Below are positions 40,105 through 52,581 of a stretch of DNA of 64,000 nucleotides, piece by piece. Numbering within the stretch: the stretch's first letter is position 1; every line of letters begins with the position of its first letter. This stretch comes from Takakia lepidozioides (taxonomy: Eukaryota; Plantae; Bryophyta): NCBI GenBank assembly GCA_030704615.1, contig CM060731.1, positions 14,570,001-14,634,000 of the forward strand, written 5' to 3'. The position numbers and the translations under genes are program-made. Under the pieces are notes generated by a model that saw only the letters and a program-made list of their open reading frames with translations, ran no database searches and had not been told where the DNA came from.

Positions 40105-41778
40105 TCCCCCTAGACAAAAACAAAAACAATGTGGAAGGGGATGATGAGGCTTTCGTCGGAGGAATGTAAGTATGCTCTCCTGATTTGCAGGGTTGTTGTG
40201 TTCTGCCTGCGGCGTTGCAGAAGTTGCGCACTCGGAGATTCCTAGGTGTGGTGTCTGGAGCTGCAGTGGTAGTGCAGCTTAAATTTATGGGCTCCAGCTG
40301 ACCGTATACCTCAATCAAGTACCTATTAGAGAAGAACGGGTTGTGACCCCAATCACAGGCCTTCGAAAGTGCCAACTTGGTAGCACTTTACGATCGCTAA
40401 TAAAGGATTTTACCTCTTATAGGTAGTTAAAATCGTTCATCTTTCTCTGGGTGTAGTACACTCCGCCAAGAAAAAACCTGTGTTCGATGATTGTCAGAAG
40501 ATAAAGTCTTAAGAAGAGGCTCTTCTCTGTCATGACTGCTGCCAAGGACAAGCCAACATGGGCGTCCTTGGTATGGCCACAGTAGCCAAGTGGCTTGAGT
40601 AATGCACAGGGACAGCCAAAGAGCTAGAAATATGGTATCAAAAATCACCAGGCCAAAGCTGGAGACATGTAAGCAGGTACACAGGTTCATGGTGTTTGGG
40701 ACAAATGGAAACCAGTGTGCTCTGCTTCACTGGTTGTTCAGCAGTAGGTCGTTCTTGCGAAGATCTTTCGATCCCTTCACCCTCTTCCCTGTCACAACCC
40801 ATGAGGTTGTTAAATTTATCACAAAGTTCAGAACATCCAGCATAGCCGTCGCAGTTACTGCACGTCATCTTTGCTTTGGAGCCTCACCACCTCAAGTTCA
40901 AACGATATCTGCTCCGGCAGCTTAAGTTGCTCTTTGTATGGTTAGAATCGGCTTTCTGAATCAGCCCGGCCATCTTCCAATCCAAGTGTTTTGCTCAACA
41001 CAGCTCAGCAAAACAGGGTGAAGGCCTAGAAGCCACCCCTATGCAGCCATCAACGTCTGTCTGAGCTTGCTCTCCCTGTCTTACCTCTTGCACAAACTGA
41101 GTGGATTAGTGAAGTTTATATAGCTGTGAATTAAACAACAAGGAATCAGCCTGTGCAAAGATTTACATGCAGATTGCGAAAGTGTGCCAATTCCACTTCA
41201 GCTAGCGGGTAATCGTGATTTATCTGCTATCTCCATTGTCAAGTAAAGGGTTATATAAATTGATTCATGGAGGGATGAGGCTTCAGAGAAGCTCCAAAAA
41301 TTTACGGGAGCGGCCGAAAGTAGGGACGCTTGGACCCCGCAGAGGTGTGTGTTCAGAGGCAGGGGTGTCAGCACGACAGTCCGTCCCTAACCGGTCATAG
41401 GACTGTCGCCTTCACCCTCGTTAAGGACTGATGTGTCTGCAAGCGAAGAGCAGCGTCTATATAGCTTTTCAGCGGCAAGTTGTGGCCAATCGATAAGGGA
41501 TAATTCAAAGAATTCTTCTGTCACGCAAAAGTAAGGACAATAGTATCGCTGGGGAAGTTATCGTGTGGAGATAGCGTGGTATTAATATCAGGATGGTCGA
41601 AAAGAACACATTAACATTTGATGGAGTTGATTAACCCTAATTGTATTTTCAGCATCTCGTTTCTTCTCCACAACTTTGACGCTACGAGGAGGGAGGAGGT
41701 TGCGTGGACATTTCCTACTTAGGCACTGAAATCGTGCTTGTTCATGAGGGAATTGTCACCGATATAAATCTCTTTAGG

Positions 41779-42902
41779 TGCATTCGGAATGGATGCAGAC
41801 ATGCTACAACCAGAGGCAGGATCAACACGGGTTCTGTCGTCATTGCACCTTGGATTTTCAGGTATTAGCAGCCTTTGAGACAACCTTTTCCCAAATCTTC
41901 TGTTTCCACGACAGTCGAAATCGGAAGTTGAATTTTAGAAGTCCCTTCCGTAGGACCAGAGGCCAGACCCTCAATTCGAGAGAACGCTATTGCTTCCGTC
42001 AATATGGCTGCCAGGAAGAGTGCTGATTTGGTTGAATTTGATGTCCAGGTGATAATCATACACACTTATCTGGGGTCTATCAGGCATCTCGTTTTGGAAT
42101 TGCATTCGAAGATTCTTCATTCGTGGTTATAAACTGGCTTGATGGCGTCTTAAAAATATTGAGTTGAGGCCAAGCGACCAAAGATGGCGTGCAATTGTTT
42201 TCCATGACAATTACATCATCCCAGTTGATAAGGTATGGTTGAAGCAGGAACAAATTCCCATTTTCTTTTTCATTGCTTGTCATGGTAGGTCATGGCAGCC
42301 TCTGGTTTAGTCTGCACAAATAGGGGTGTTGGTTGTTCTTCCGGGCCAAGGCAGTTGCTACATTTGTTTTTTTGTGCCAGAGTGTGTGATCCACCTAGTT
42401 CTCTGCCAGATACTTGGTTACAGTATAAATACTCCATCCACTGCTCCTAATGGATTTTCTGAAATTGTTTGTTGTGAATCCAGGTGGATTGCATGGCATA
42501 GTTAGGGCATTCTTCAGAATCCCAGTCTTGTGTTGCTGGTCAAGAATGCAGGATGTGCCACTTCACTGACAGCAAGCTCGAGCGTGAGTATGACACATCA
42601 TGCTGGCAGTTGTCAAATATTTACTTGTGAATAGCGGGAAATTAGTGTTGTATCATGAACTAAAGAAAAGTTGAGGAACAAGAGGTATTGTTCTCACATT
42701 AAATATGATGAGGCTCACTATTTCTAACAGTTTTTGGCATTCTTTATTAGTGAAGAAAAGCTAGCTGTATAGTTTTGAGGGTGGTTAGCAAACTGACTTC
42801 TGATCCATGCAGCAATGTCAAGGAAGCTCTACAGTTCCAGGAAGAATACAGGGTCAATGGTGTGATGGTGGACCATGTTTTGGAGATTGTGACAGTTACA
42901 CG
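41779..42902 (+). pseudogene. GDPD1-like glycerophosphodiester phosphodiesterase pseudogene, N- and C-terminal exons only
   Basis: Exon-like pieces: SIRENAIASVNMAARKSADLVEFDVQ (41954-42047), TKDGV-IVFHDNYI (frameshifted, ~42174-42233), GGLHGIVRAFFRIP (42484-), NVKEALQFQEEYRVNGVMVDHVLEI (42813-42902). Confidence 0.75.
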
Positions 42903-43074
42903 GTAATTGCAGCAACCTTCTGCCACCTCCAGTTTTGTAGTAAGAATCGAGCCTCCCTTGACATTGAAGGGACTGGCAGTGGTTTGATCTCCTACAAGGT
43001 ATTTCTGGTTTGTTCCTCCCACCGGAGAATTGCCTGTCCCCATTCTTCCCCATTCTGTCTATCAGGGGTTCTGT

Positions 43075-43365
43075 CTATCAGGGGAATTGTGCCTATACTT
43101 CTGTTTACCAACTTTGAAAGTCTCGAAAGCCCAGGCCCTTTTGGGGCATAGTTATTGAGCAAACCACACACAGCATATTGATGCCTGTTTAAAGGGATTT
43201 CTAGAGGATATCTGGAAAACCCGGATCAATTTTTTATTTCAAGGTAAGTCTTACTACCGACGTCAGCCCCTGACAGAGGTAGGTTCTGTCCCTTTGTGTT
43301 CCACTCAAACTGGGCGCGGGGTCAATGGCCACAAGGCTACGGCAAACGACCTCTTATGAGTACAT
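43075..43365 (+). mobile_element. 5'-truncated LINE family 1 copy
   Basis: Homologous to ~63627-63930; ends ..TTATGAGTACATTC. Confidence 0.9.
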
Positions 43366-46044
43366 TCGTTTCAGAAGGTCCTGTCTTTCTAACAGAAATA
43401 TCTGTAGCTTCCTTTTGCCCTGGAGCTGATCTCAAGTTCAATTCTTACGGTGTAGAGCACTCACAGGCCCACAGCGTTTTCCACCCTTGACTGCAAAATG
43501 TGCAGCTCTGGCCACCTTTTTATTCATAACTAAAGACATGCTCAGATCTTCAAAACCTGACCGTAGAATCCTCATTACTCCCCTACTTACACCGGGAAAT
43601 TCTTGGCATCTTACTGCTAGAATTGGAATCTTGTGGTTTTTGAGTCAGTATGAAAATTTCTACAACCTCTGCAGAGTAGGCACAAAATTTGCAAATCTTT
43701 CCATTATTCCTGAACGGCTTAGCCACTTGAAACCCAATCCTACAGGAAATGTGCCTATCATCATTATGGTGGCCACTTTCTCCCTAAATTTTATTTACCT
43801 CATTTGTATTGGTCGGGAAGGGGTCCATGATATTCCACACTTTGCCACCTTTCTTGGGTTTGAGACAACAATTCATGTGTTGTTTGCAATGTTGTTATGA
43901 TTCTACAGTTTTTTGGATTTTTTTCGGTTTCTTTGTTGTCGAGGAAGCACTAGCCCCAGAGGCGCAAGCAAATGGGCCTCGAGGGGAAATAGATTCCCTC
44001 CTGGCCCCCTAAGGGTGCAAAGAGATACCTTGCACAAGGGTTTGAAATTTGAACTCTCCACCCAACCATAGAAAACAAACAAGCAACAAGCTAGTCTTCC
44101 CCTTTGAGCTCTTCCTATTTATACTCAAGGTCTATACCGAGATTTAGCTGAGACGACTATAGCATAACTACATGCTCAAAACTTTCGAAGTTATTTCCAA
44201 CTGCTATTTTGGTAGTTTGACTTGAATCATTGCTAGTTTAAGCTAATTGAGGCTTAGCACTGAGGTTAACTATGACTTGTCAGTACTGCTATTATGGCAT
44301 TGTGACTTGTCATCACAATAACTCAAGAGTAAAAATAACTTGGTAAGGAGTTGATTTCCAACCGTTGCACATTTGTATGTGTTTTTGTCAAAAAGTAGGG
44401 AAATGGCGCTGCAGTTCATATTAAGATCGCCTAATACCGAGTTATTAGCCAACACGGGACCACTAGGAGATCAATTGGATAGTGCAGAGAGTGATATCTA
44501 GATGATCTTGGGATCAAATCTTGATATATAGTTGGGTGTGGTATGTTCTTCTTCCCTTTCCCTTGGGCAGTGTCCCATCAGCAAGCTTTCACTACAAGAC
44601 TAAAATGAAAGAGGTTATTTTTTCCTCTCACTATAATTAAGGGGCCTGATTTGTGAGCCGCTTCTTGCTCCCAGGTGTTTCCCTTTTTAAAAATAAAAAA
44701 TATCATGGGCAAGCCCTAAAGTCCAAGAGACCCTTTTCCAATATTGAGGAAGTACATTTTGGGTGTACTCTTTGCAGATCTTAGTACTTTTTAATGGTTT
44801 CAATTGCAATTAAACTTTTGAGAACATAGCCTTTCTTACATTGACAGTAGTTTCCGAGATATAGACTTTTTTAGAACACAAGGGTCATGTGAAATTTGGA
44901 GGGGCCATGGAAAGTTTACCCTTTGTATGCCAATCACAATTGGGCCATGGTTGGGCCCACTCAAGCGCCACATTTGTAAACTCTTCCCTTGGATCTAGAA
45001 TTTTCTTACCATTCTTACTATTGTGTTGCATTTCACATGCTCACAGGAAGGATTGAGTGAAACATCTCACTATCAAGGAGTCACTCTCACCATAGCTGTT
45101 CATTTTGGACATGAGTTCGGATAGCCTCTAAAAATGACAACTAAGGCTTGGCATGGTAACTCCGTACAAATCTAGTAGATTCCAACCATGAAACGTCGAG
45201 GCTAAGCTCTCCAGAAAGCGGTCCGAACCTGTGAACAAAACTCACTTAGCATGAATGTCTCGCCAAAACTATAATCAAATGAATATACCAACCTCAACAA
45301 GGAATAAGCTCATTTGATTGCTAAAACTTACTCACTCTCGCATTCCAATGAGCATTCATATTCATTCATATCCCTTAACATTCCAACATATCCAACCAGA
45401 TATTTGAAAACAAACACTATCTGACAAGAGTTTCGCATGGAGAGACTCATTTGGGAGAGAGAAGCCATGAAACACTCCAAGACAACTCATTTGTGACCCA
45501 TGAGCTTTACCGGATTAATTTTCTAGAGTAATTGTTTAGGTCATCCTCAACAAGTATACGACTACTAGATCGGCCAAATATGAAATGATGGGCACATGTG
45601 ATAATGGTCCTGATACCTTAGCATTACGAAAACATATTATGCTTCATTAAAATTCAGTATTTTTAGATATTTTTTATATCCTCCACCAAAGTATAGTCTA
45701 AAGAAATCGTTGACACACTTATGTGCCGGGCTTAAATCAAAAGACATGATTCGAATTAAAAAAATCAAAAATTGGATACAGCGCTGGAATAACGTACAAA
45801 TTGGATATACCAAACCTTTTCGCCTTACGGAAATCATTTCCTAAATAGAGTAATGTTGCAATCGTGGATAGATTAGATATCTCAAACCCTTTCGCAGCGC
45901 GGACGTGATCTATTCAACGAGACATATTGACAACTAGTTTTATTCGAATTATAATTATGGTGATATAGTGGAAGGGTTCATGAGGGAAAGTACGATAGCT
46001 AGATTTGATATCCCAACAAATAATAATTACAGATCCATGAGAAA

Positions 46045-46505
46045 CAGTTCACATCCCTCAATTCATATCCTCCATATTGGTTCAAAAGCATGCAGGTTTT
46101 TGAACACAAATACTATCAGACAAGAGTTCCGTGTTGGGAAACTCTTTTGATACGACAAAGCAGTTCAAATCCCTCATATCAGTTCAAAAGCATGCAAGTT
46201 TCGAAAACAAACAATGTCAGACAAGGGTTCCGTGTTGAGAAACTCTTTTGTTACGGCAAAGCAATTCAAATCCCTCACTTTCTATCCCTCCATATCGGTT
46301 CAAAAGCATGCAGGTTTTGAACACAAACACTGTCAGACAAGAGTTCTATGTTGATAAACTCTTTTATTACAGCGAAGCCAGAGCAAAGCAGTTCAAATCC
46401 CTCACTTCATTTCCATCCATATTGGTTCAAAAGCATGCAGGTTTCCAAACCCAAACAATGTCACACAAGAGTTTCGTGCTGAGAAATTCTTTTGTTACGG
46501 CGAAT
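46045..46505. repeat. Four degenerate tandem units of ~100-130 bp with internal hairpins
   Basis: Unit cagttcaaatccctca..ggttcaaaagcatgcagg..cagacaagagtt..gaaactcttttg; partial related copy near 45405-45452. Confidence 0.85.
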
Positions 46506-47199
46506 TTTTTCCAGATTCTGTATCTGGATTATTCGTTATAGGCAATTGTGCACCACTATGAAACTCATGTGTGTGAAGATCTTAGACTGATTTCCACATG
46601 TGGTAGTAATCAACATACTTTCGCTTCGCAAGAATTGAGGTCATATGGGTCGGGATAGCTCTCCGGATGTCTCAACATGTGTCATTCTGGGGCACTTATA
46701 TTACCATTTACATAATTGTATTTTTTCCTCTTTGTTAATCCACATAGCCGTCCCCTGTACTTTGCCTTCCATGTAGCCAAATATTCTTTGGAGTTATCCA
46801 TGGATATCTGTTAAGATGCATTGTATAGTATGATAGATCTATGTAGATTGGTATTGATAAGCGTGTTGGTTACTATAATTTTGCGTGATAAATTTGCTGA
46901 TATTTGGACGTAGTGCCATTGGTTAATGGGAATAAATATCCTCACGAAAGCACATTACGAGGGGCATTACGACATTTGATATGTATTTACGTATCAGACG
47001 GATGGATTTATTGATGAATATAGATACATAATATAGATTGATACATTGCATATTCACCACTCAGAAGGATGCCAGCCTTACTGAATATCATGAATATTCA
47101 AGCGAAACTATGTCATGACAGATCACTAACGACGTAGAAATCATTTTCTCTATTGAAATTATGTATGTTCCTCCTCTTTCAAAAACCTCATTCACTGCC

Positions 47200-48112
47200 G
47201 CGACTTTTCAGGGGAGTGAGAGTAGCCTTTTGGGGACCCATGGACAGAAACAAGGGTTATATCTCCAATTCGCCTAGGAACCTGCAAAATATCTTGCGCA
47301 TAAGATACATACAGAGACACAAGTGATCAGGAAGATGATTTAACATCCAACCCAAGCCCAAAATTATATTGAGGTGACAGAACCATTTACACAATCTGTC
47401 CACAGTTCTATATAATGCAATGAAAGCGAAGATGAAAGGAAACATGGAAATGATAATAGGAATTCTCAACACAGGTCTCAAATTACACAAAAGCAACCAC
47501 AAGTAGGTATAATCCAGCATTGACCAGAACACTGATATGTGGTGAAAGAACCAAAATATGAAGCCAGTTCTACATGCATCAAGGACTTTTCTAACCAGAA
47601 AAAATATGTGAGTGTCAAAGCATTTACGGCTTCTCATGGCAGGCTGCACTAGTAAGCACCATTGCCGTTCCGTCATTTCCCATGTCTAGTGTGAACACCG
47701 TATTAGAAGAAAATCCTCTGTCCATTTTCACAGTCTCACATTCTGTGCAGCCATCTCAAGAATTACAAAAGACGATTTAATCCGCAAGCCACTTGCATTC
47801 TGCAACACAAATCTCTAGTGACCTTGTCAAAGTCGAGTCATGCTAGCCTTCACATGTTGGAGAAGTTAAACCTACAGGATGTGCTTAGACGAAACTGTGG
47901 ACTAAGCACAAGGTAGACTTACTTCAACAAAGGCAATGATCACACGCTCCAACCAAAAGTTCCATTGTCATCGTAAAGTTTGACTTCAATGTTGAAACCC
48001 ACAGAATGTTTCACATGTGTGAATAGCTCCTCAAAGGTGCGGTGAGAAACCTCAATGATACAGTCCAGAGACATTGATCCCAATGGTCTTCGGTGAAGGG
48101 GTCTGCCAACCT
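47200..48112 (-). pseudogene. GDPD1-like pseudogene, central exons, inverted relative to the 41.8-42.9 kb piece
   Basis: VGRPLHRR..TFEELFTHVKHSVGFNIEVKLYDD (48112-~47912); ENGQRIFF*..QPAMRSRKCFDTHIFFL (~47735-47597); VPRRIGDITL-FLSMGPQK (47281-); AG/GT boundaries retained. Confidence 0.7.
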
Positions 48113-49934
48113 GTCAATTGAAACCACAAAAGTTTATGATCATCTGTGCTTGTTACCAGTATGATTTTCAATCAAGGTAAATGTAGTTCAAGAGCTGATA
48201 CGATCATCAGTGAACGATAGTTGCAATTTGTTACAGGAGGACAACAAGTTATCAGTTCCGCCTACTTAAAACTACAATCCATAGGAATATGCTGAGGTAA
48301 AGCTCCCTTCCCTTGCTCTTATCGCCTTCTGTGAGTCAATAAATTTAATTTGCATAGGAAGCCCAAAACATAACTAGATATAGACAGCACCCGTAAAGCG
48401 CAATCGTTTTGCTCATACATATTACACATATTGGAAACACATGTTAGTTTCGCTACAAGAAACTAAGTTTTGTATGTAGTCTGTAATCTATGTATTATTT
48501 CCACAATCTTCTATAGGGGTACGTAGAAGAAATTCCCAAATTCTAAGAACTTCATTGTGAAACCTAACCAAATGATATGATACAAACACTATTCAAACTT
48601 TGGAATGGTTACTAGAAGTAATTGTAGACATTGATGTTCTCAAAGCGAAACAATCTCAGACCTCCTCAGACTCTGTGCTAAAATTCATTGATGATCTCAT
48701 TAATGATCTAAATGACATATATACATGCTAACTCCGTTCCTAAAGGAAATTCGCTAGGCGAAAGTATCCTCATTTGTTATTCTTTCTATATTGTCCTTAT
48801 CGGTAAGTCATTTTATTATCATGTATCGTCAATACTCTACCAAAAACTCTTGCATTTGTCTTGGTACAGTATGTCTACAATGTGTAGATTTTGATTAATC
48901 CAGTTACAGAATGTAGGCGAGTATCAAAATTAAACTTAGTTATATCTTAAAATCATTTCAATCATTATCGTTATATTTTCTGCTTACCATGTGTTTGGTG
49001 TTATTTTCGGAGGACGGAACAAATGCATTTTTTGGGTTCTATTAGCATCACATTTCGATAGCATTAGGATTGAATTCTGTATCAGCTGTAACTATTTTGT
49101 TTTTGTTGCACAAAATTCTTGCGATATGTCTTCTGTTAAGGACCTCTTTTCCTCAACTATATCTAGGCTTCCTCAAAGGATGACTTTTTTGCTTAGTTTG
49201 TGTGTGTAAAGCTCAAAATGTACCCTTCTTCGTCATCAATGCCAATGTGCATTCACATAAACTTACCACTATACAACAATTATTGCAAGGCGATTTTGAG
49301 GTTTTAGAGGGTAGGTTGGAGAATGCAAACTCCTTATGTGATCTCACTTCCCATCAATTTACTACTTTACTAACATAATGTTCTACGATATCCTCTTGAC
49401 AAAGCATGAGAAGGACCTGACAATGCCAGTACACGAAATGAGATGACTCCTACCGGAGCTTATGGACTAGGATGCTGCCTTTGATCTTCCACCATCTCAT
49501 TTGCATTTGAGACCAGCAGCACATCTTGCACTTTTTCTCATTGCCCTAAACTCTATCTCTAGTGGAAGTTTGGAAGATTTTTTTCAGTATTTAATGAGCA
49601 TCACCTTCCACAATTTCTCTTTGTTTGTCATTCTTTGGAAACATTCTTCCAAGCATTGTTAGAGTGATGAAGGGTATACCACTAAGGGTTTCTCAATGCA
49701 AAACCCACCATTGTTTAGGTTTGTGCCCATATCACCAAAAAAAATTCGATGTGAAACCCGCCGCCGCCACTATAGGTTTAGGGTCTGTGGCTACACTATT
49801 GAAGGTTTTGCCTGGCTGAATTGGCACAGATGTACCGTATAAATGCACTTCTATACCCGCTTATGGTTTTGTTCCGTTTTGAAAACAGTTAACTCCTACG
49901 AGGTTTAAAAACATAAAACTCCCATGACCGTGGG

Positions 49935-50148
49935 TTGCGCTCACGTGAGCTTGCGTGAGCTCACGCAATACCAACCCCCACTGAAAAATACCTGCCAAGG
50001 ATAGAGGGCTAAAAGCTATACCCCCCTTTCACTTTCGCTTGTGATATTTGCACAATGGGCTCACGCAATACCCAACCCCACTAAACTCCCTGCCAAGGAT
50101 AGAGGGCTAAAAGCGCTCTCACTCTCGCTTGTGATATTTGCACAATGG
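49935..50148. repeat. Adjacent palindromes plus a ~95-bp direct repeat
   Basis: GCTCACGTGAGC followed by TTGCGTGAGCTCACGCAA; gctcacgcaatacc..cctgccaaggatagagggctaaaagc..tcgcttgtgatatttgcacaatgg occurs twice. Confidence 0.8.
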
Positions 50149-52218
50149 AAGGGTTAAGAGAGAATCACCGAATTCTCTCAGCATAGGTCAGCCATTACCC
50201 AAGACTTGGAATAATTAAGGAGGAAGACAAGTGTGAACGCATTAGAGACCTGTCTATTTGCGCTCCTAGTGTGGAGGAGCAGACTGCCATTGCCAGTAGC
50301 ACAAAATCCTAAGGGAGAGGATGGAAAATAAACACGTACTCTACCGTCTGTTGTCAATCAACTTGGGAAACTCCTACGTATCTATCCATACATCCACCGA
50401 AACCGCACATACCGACCATTTTTCTGCCGCTGCCAATGTCCCATCAGCGTGCTGGCACACTCTGCGCAATCCCCGCTGGTCGCACGTGTAGTACGCATTG
50501 CTGGCGTCGGAAGGAACGGACGCTTGTCTGCGTCTGCAGCTCTGTCTTCCTTATTTCCAATCTCTTGTTTACTATCTCAGCAGCGGGCGGCTGCACCAAG
50601 GAACCGCAGATCTGTCCTTATGTGGTGGGGGTCCCTTTGCATGAACTTTGCCCCATTGTTTTCACAGTAATCTCTCGAAAGACGATTAACCCATTGCCGA
50701 CCAGTAGCAGGACCAACCTGCTCCAGCCTGCCAGCCTGCATGCACTGCAGAAGGGGGGGCCGACGTCTACAATTATCCGCCACCCGCCAGTACCCGCGCC
50801 AACATTCGGGCGGCGGCAAGACTTGAGCAGGGTGCTCCCACGTCATAGTTTCGGCCATGGCCACAAAAGTCGCCTCAACTTTCTGCCAATTGCACAAATT
50901 ATCTTGGGGCAAGTGCCTTCGAAAAAGCGCTTCCACCGGCCTACAGTGTTGCAGGTTAATCCTGAATCCAAGCAGCTCAGTGATGCGGATTGAATGGGAC
51001 AGTTTCCGGATGCGCCAGATTGAGAATTAATGAGCTCTTACACTTACCTTCCGTTACATGTTACTTTCCGTTACATTTAAGTAACAATCAAGAGTTCAAC
51101 GTCCACCAACTATCAAGAACGTACCTGCTCAGCGCGTAGGCCTTCAAAGGGACAACGGACGGTCGAAGGAACATGATTAAGGATCGAGCCAAATATGACC
51201 GTCGTCACACCACAGCACAACCACCGTGCTGCTTGCTTTAAAGTGCGTGTCGAAACTAAGTGAATGCGGACTCGTACAGAGACTCAAGTGACTTAGTGGA
51301 ACAAGTATGCTCTTTCAAACTGTGACTCTGTTCAGATGCGTTAAGTATCCACGAGAGTTTCTACATTGCTTAAGGGACTAGGACTGAAGGATTTATATTC
51401 TGCGTGAGATACAAACGCATTCATTAGATCTTAGATAAATTCGCTCAGTGCCACGAAAGAAGAGTCACCCCGTATCTTTTCTCTGAAAATAACATAAACA
51501 ACCTGAGATCCGGAAGCTCACAGAACTACATACAGTTGCTAAATCAACACACAACAACGAGAAGAAAGCCGTGGCAAATGGAGGTTTCTGAAACGCTCGT
51601 CAGCAGTCTTGGCATGATTCCTTTATCAGAGTCAAAACTCTTGCGTACTTTATTACAGACATAAACTCTGTTTGAGTTCTGTACATTGTTTCACAACTAT
51701 GACTGCAAACTCCCTACACCTCTTCAGAAAGCAGCCAACACAGCCAAAAGCAAAGTGCAAACAGTAAGATCTGAGAAACACAGAAAAACAACCATCTACT
51801 AAACCATCCATTACATCTGTGCTTTCTTGCGAGTAATCCTGCATACACATGTACCTACCTTCAGCCTACTGCGACATTCACTAGCTGTCTGGACTAGTCA
51901 ACACCACAAGATACAATACCACGAGTCAGATCAAGGAAAAGAAAGCCACTGGCAATGCCTTTTATAGCTAATGCCGCTCAGATCTTCCTCGTCTGTCCTT
52001 CAGTATACCAGTGCAATCGGATGAATCAGACCATTCAGAAACAATGTATTCCCTAGCCTCTACCATTAGCCTGTCCACTCAGAGATCCCCTCATCTGTGC
52101 TACAGTCTCAAGATTCCAAGCAACACCAATATATCATTCGGATCTGAAGCAAAAGTGTTAGAAACGTAAGATCAAAGCATAGGCCGCTTCGTAATTGAAG
52201 CACAGAGTTACAAACAGC

Positions 52219-52581
52219 CTTCTGAAGTCGACCTGCATGGAAACAAACTCAGGGAACATATATGCTATCGCAGCTTCCGCCTTGGTATAAGTATAATCGG
52301 CAGGAGGGCCAGGAGGTACAGGAAGAGCGTAGACAACTTCCGTTAACACTGCAATCCACCCTGCTGATTATACTTATACCAGGAGAGAGGCTGCGTCCAG
52401 ACTTCTGAAATCGACCTGCATGGAAACAAACTCAGGGAACATACATGCTATCACAGCTTCCGCCTTGGTATAAGTATAATCGGCAGGAGAGCCAGGAGGT
52501 ACAGGAAGAGCGTAGACAACTTCCGTTAGCACTGCAATCCACCCTGCTGATTATACTTATACCAGGAGAGAGGCTGCGTCC
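52219..52581. ncRNA. Candidate tandem pre-miRNA pair (two 180-bp units, each with a ~125-nt hairpin)
   Basis: 22-nt arms 52283-52304 and 52360-52381 are reverse complements with one mismatch or G:U; extended lower stem; repeated with period 183. Confidence 0.55.

Noticed and set aside
44030-44105. tRNA or tRNA-derived SINE (GTTCAAAT B-box-like on the - strand)
   Set aside because: No A-box or cloverleaf
46045-46505. CRISPR-like repeat array
   Set aside because: Whole units repeat with no unique spacers, the context is eukaryotic, and there are no cas genes
46700-46960. Ulp1-like protease remnant (RIFIPINQWH on the - strand)
   Set aside because: A single short motif with no catalytic Cys region found
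41779-48112. Functional trans-spliced GDPD
   Set aside because: Both pieces contain frameshifts or stops, so a dead rearranged gene is the simpler explanation
50436-50993. 185-aa (+) and 119-aa (-) ORFs in a GC-rich island
   Set aside because: No motif recognised in any frame examined; possibly a decayed gene or TE fragment but cannot be supported
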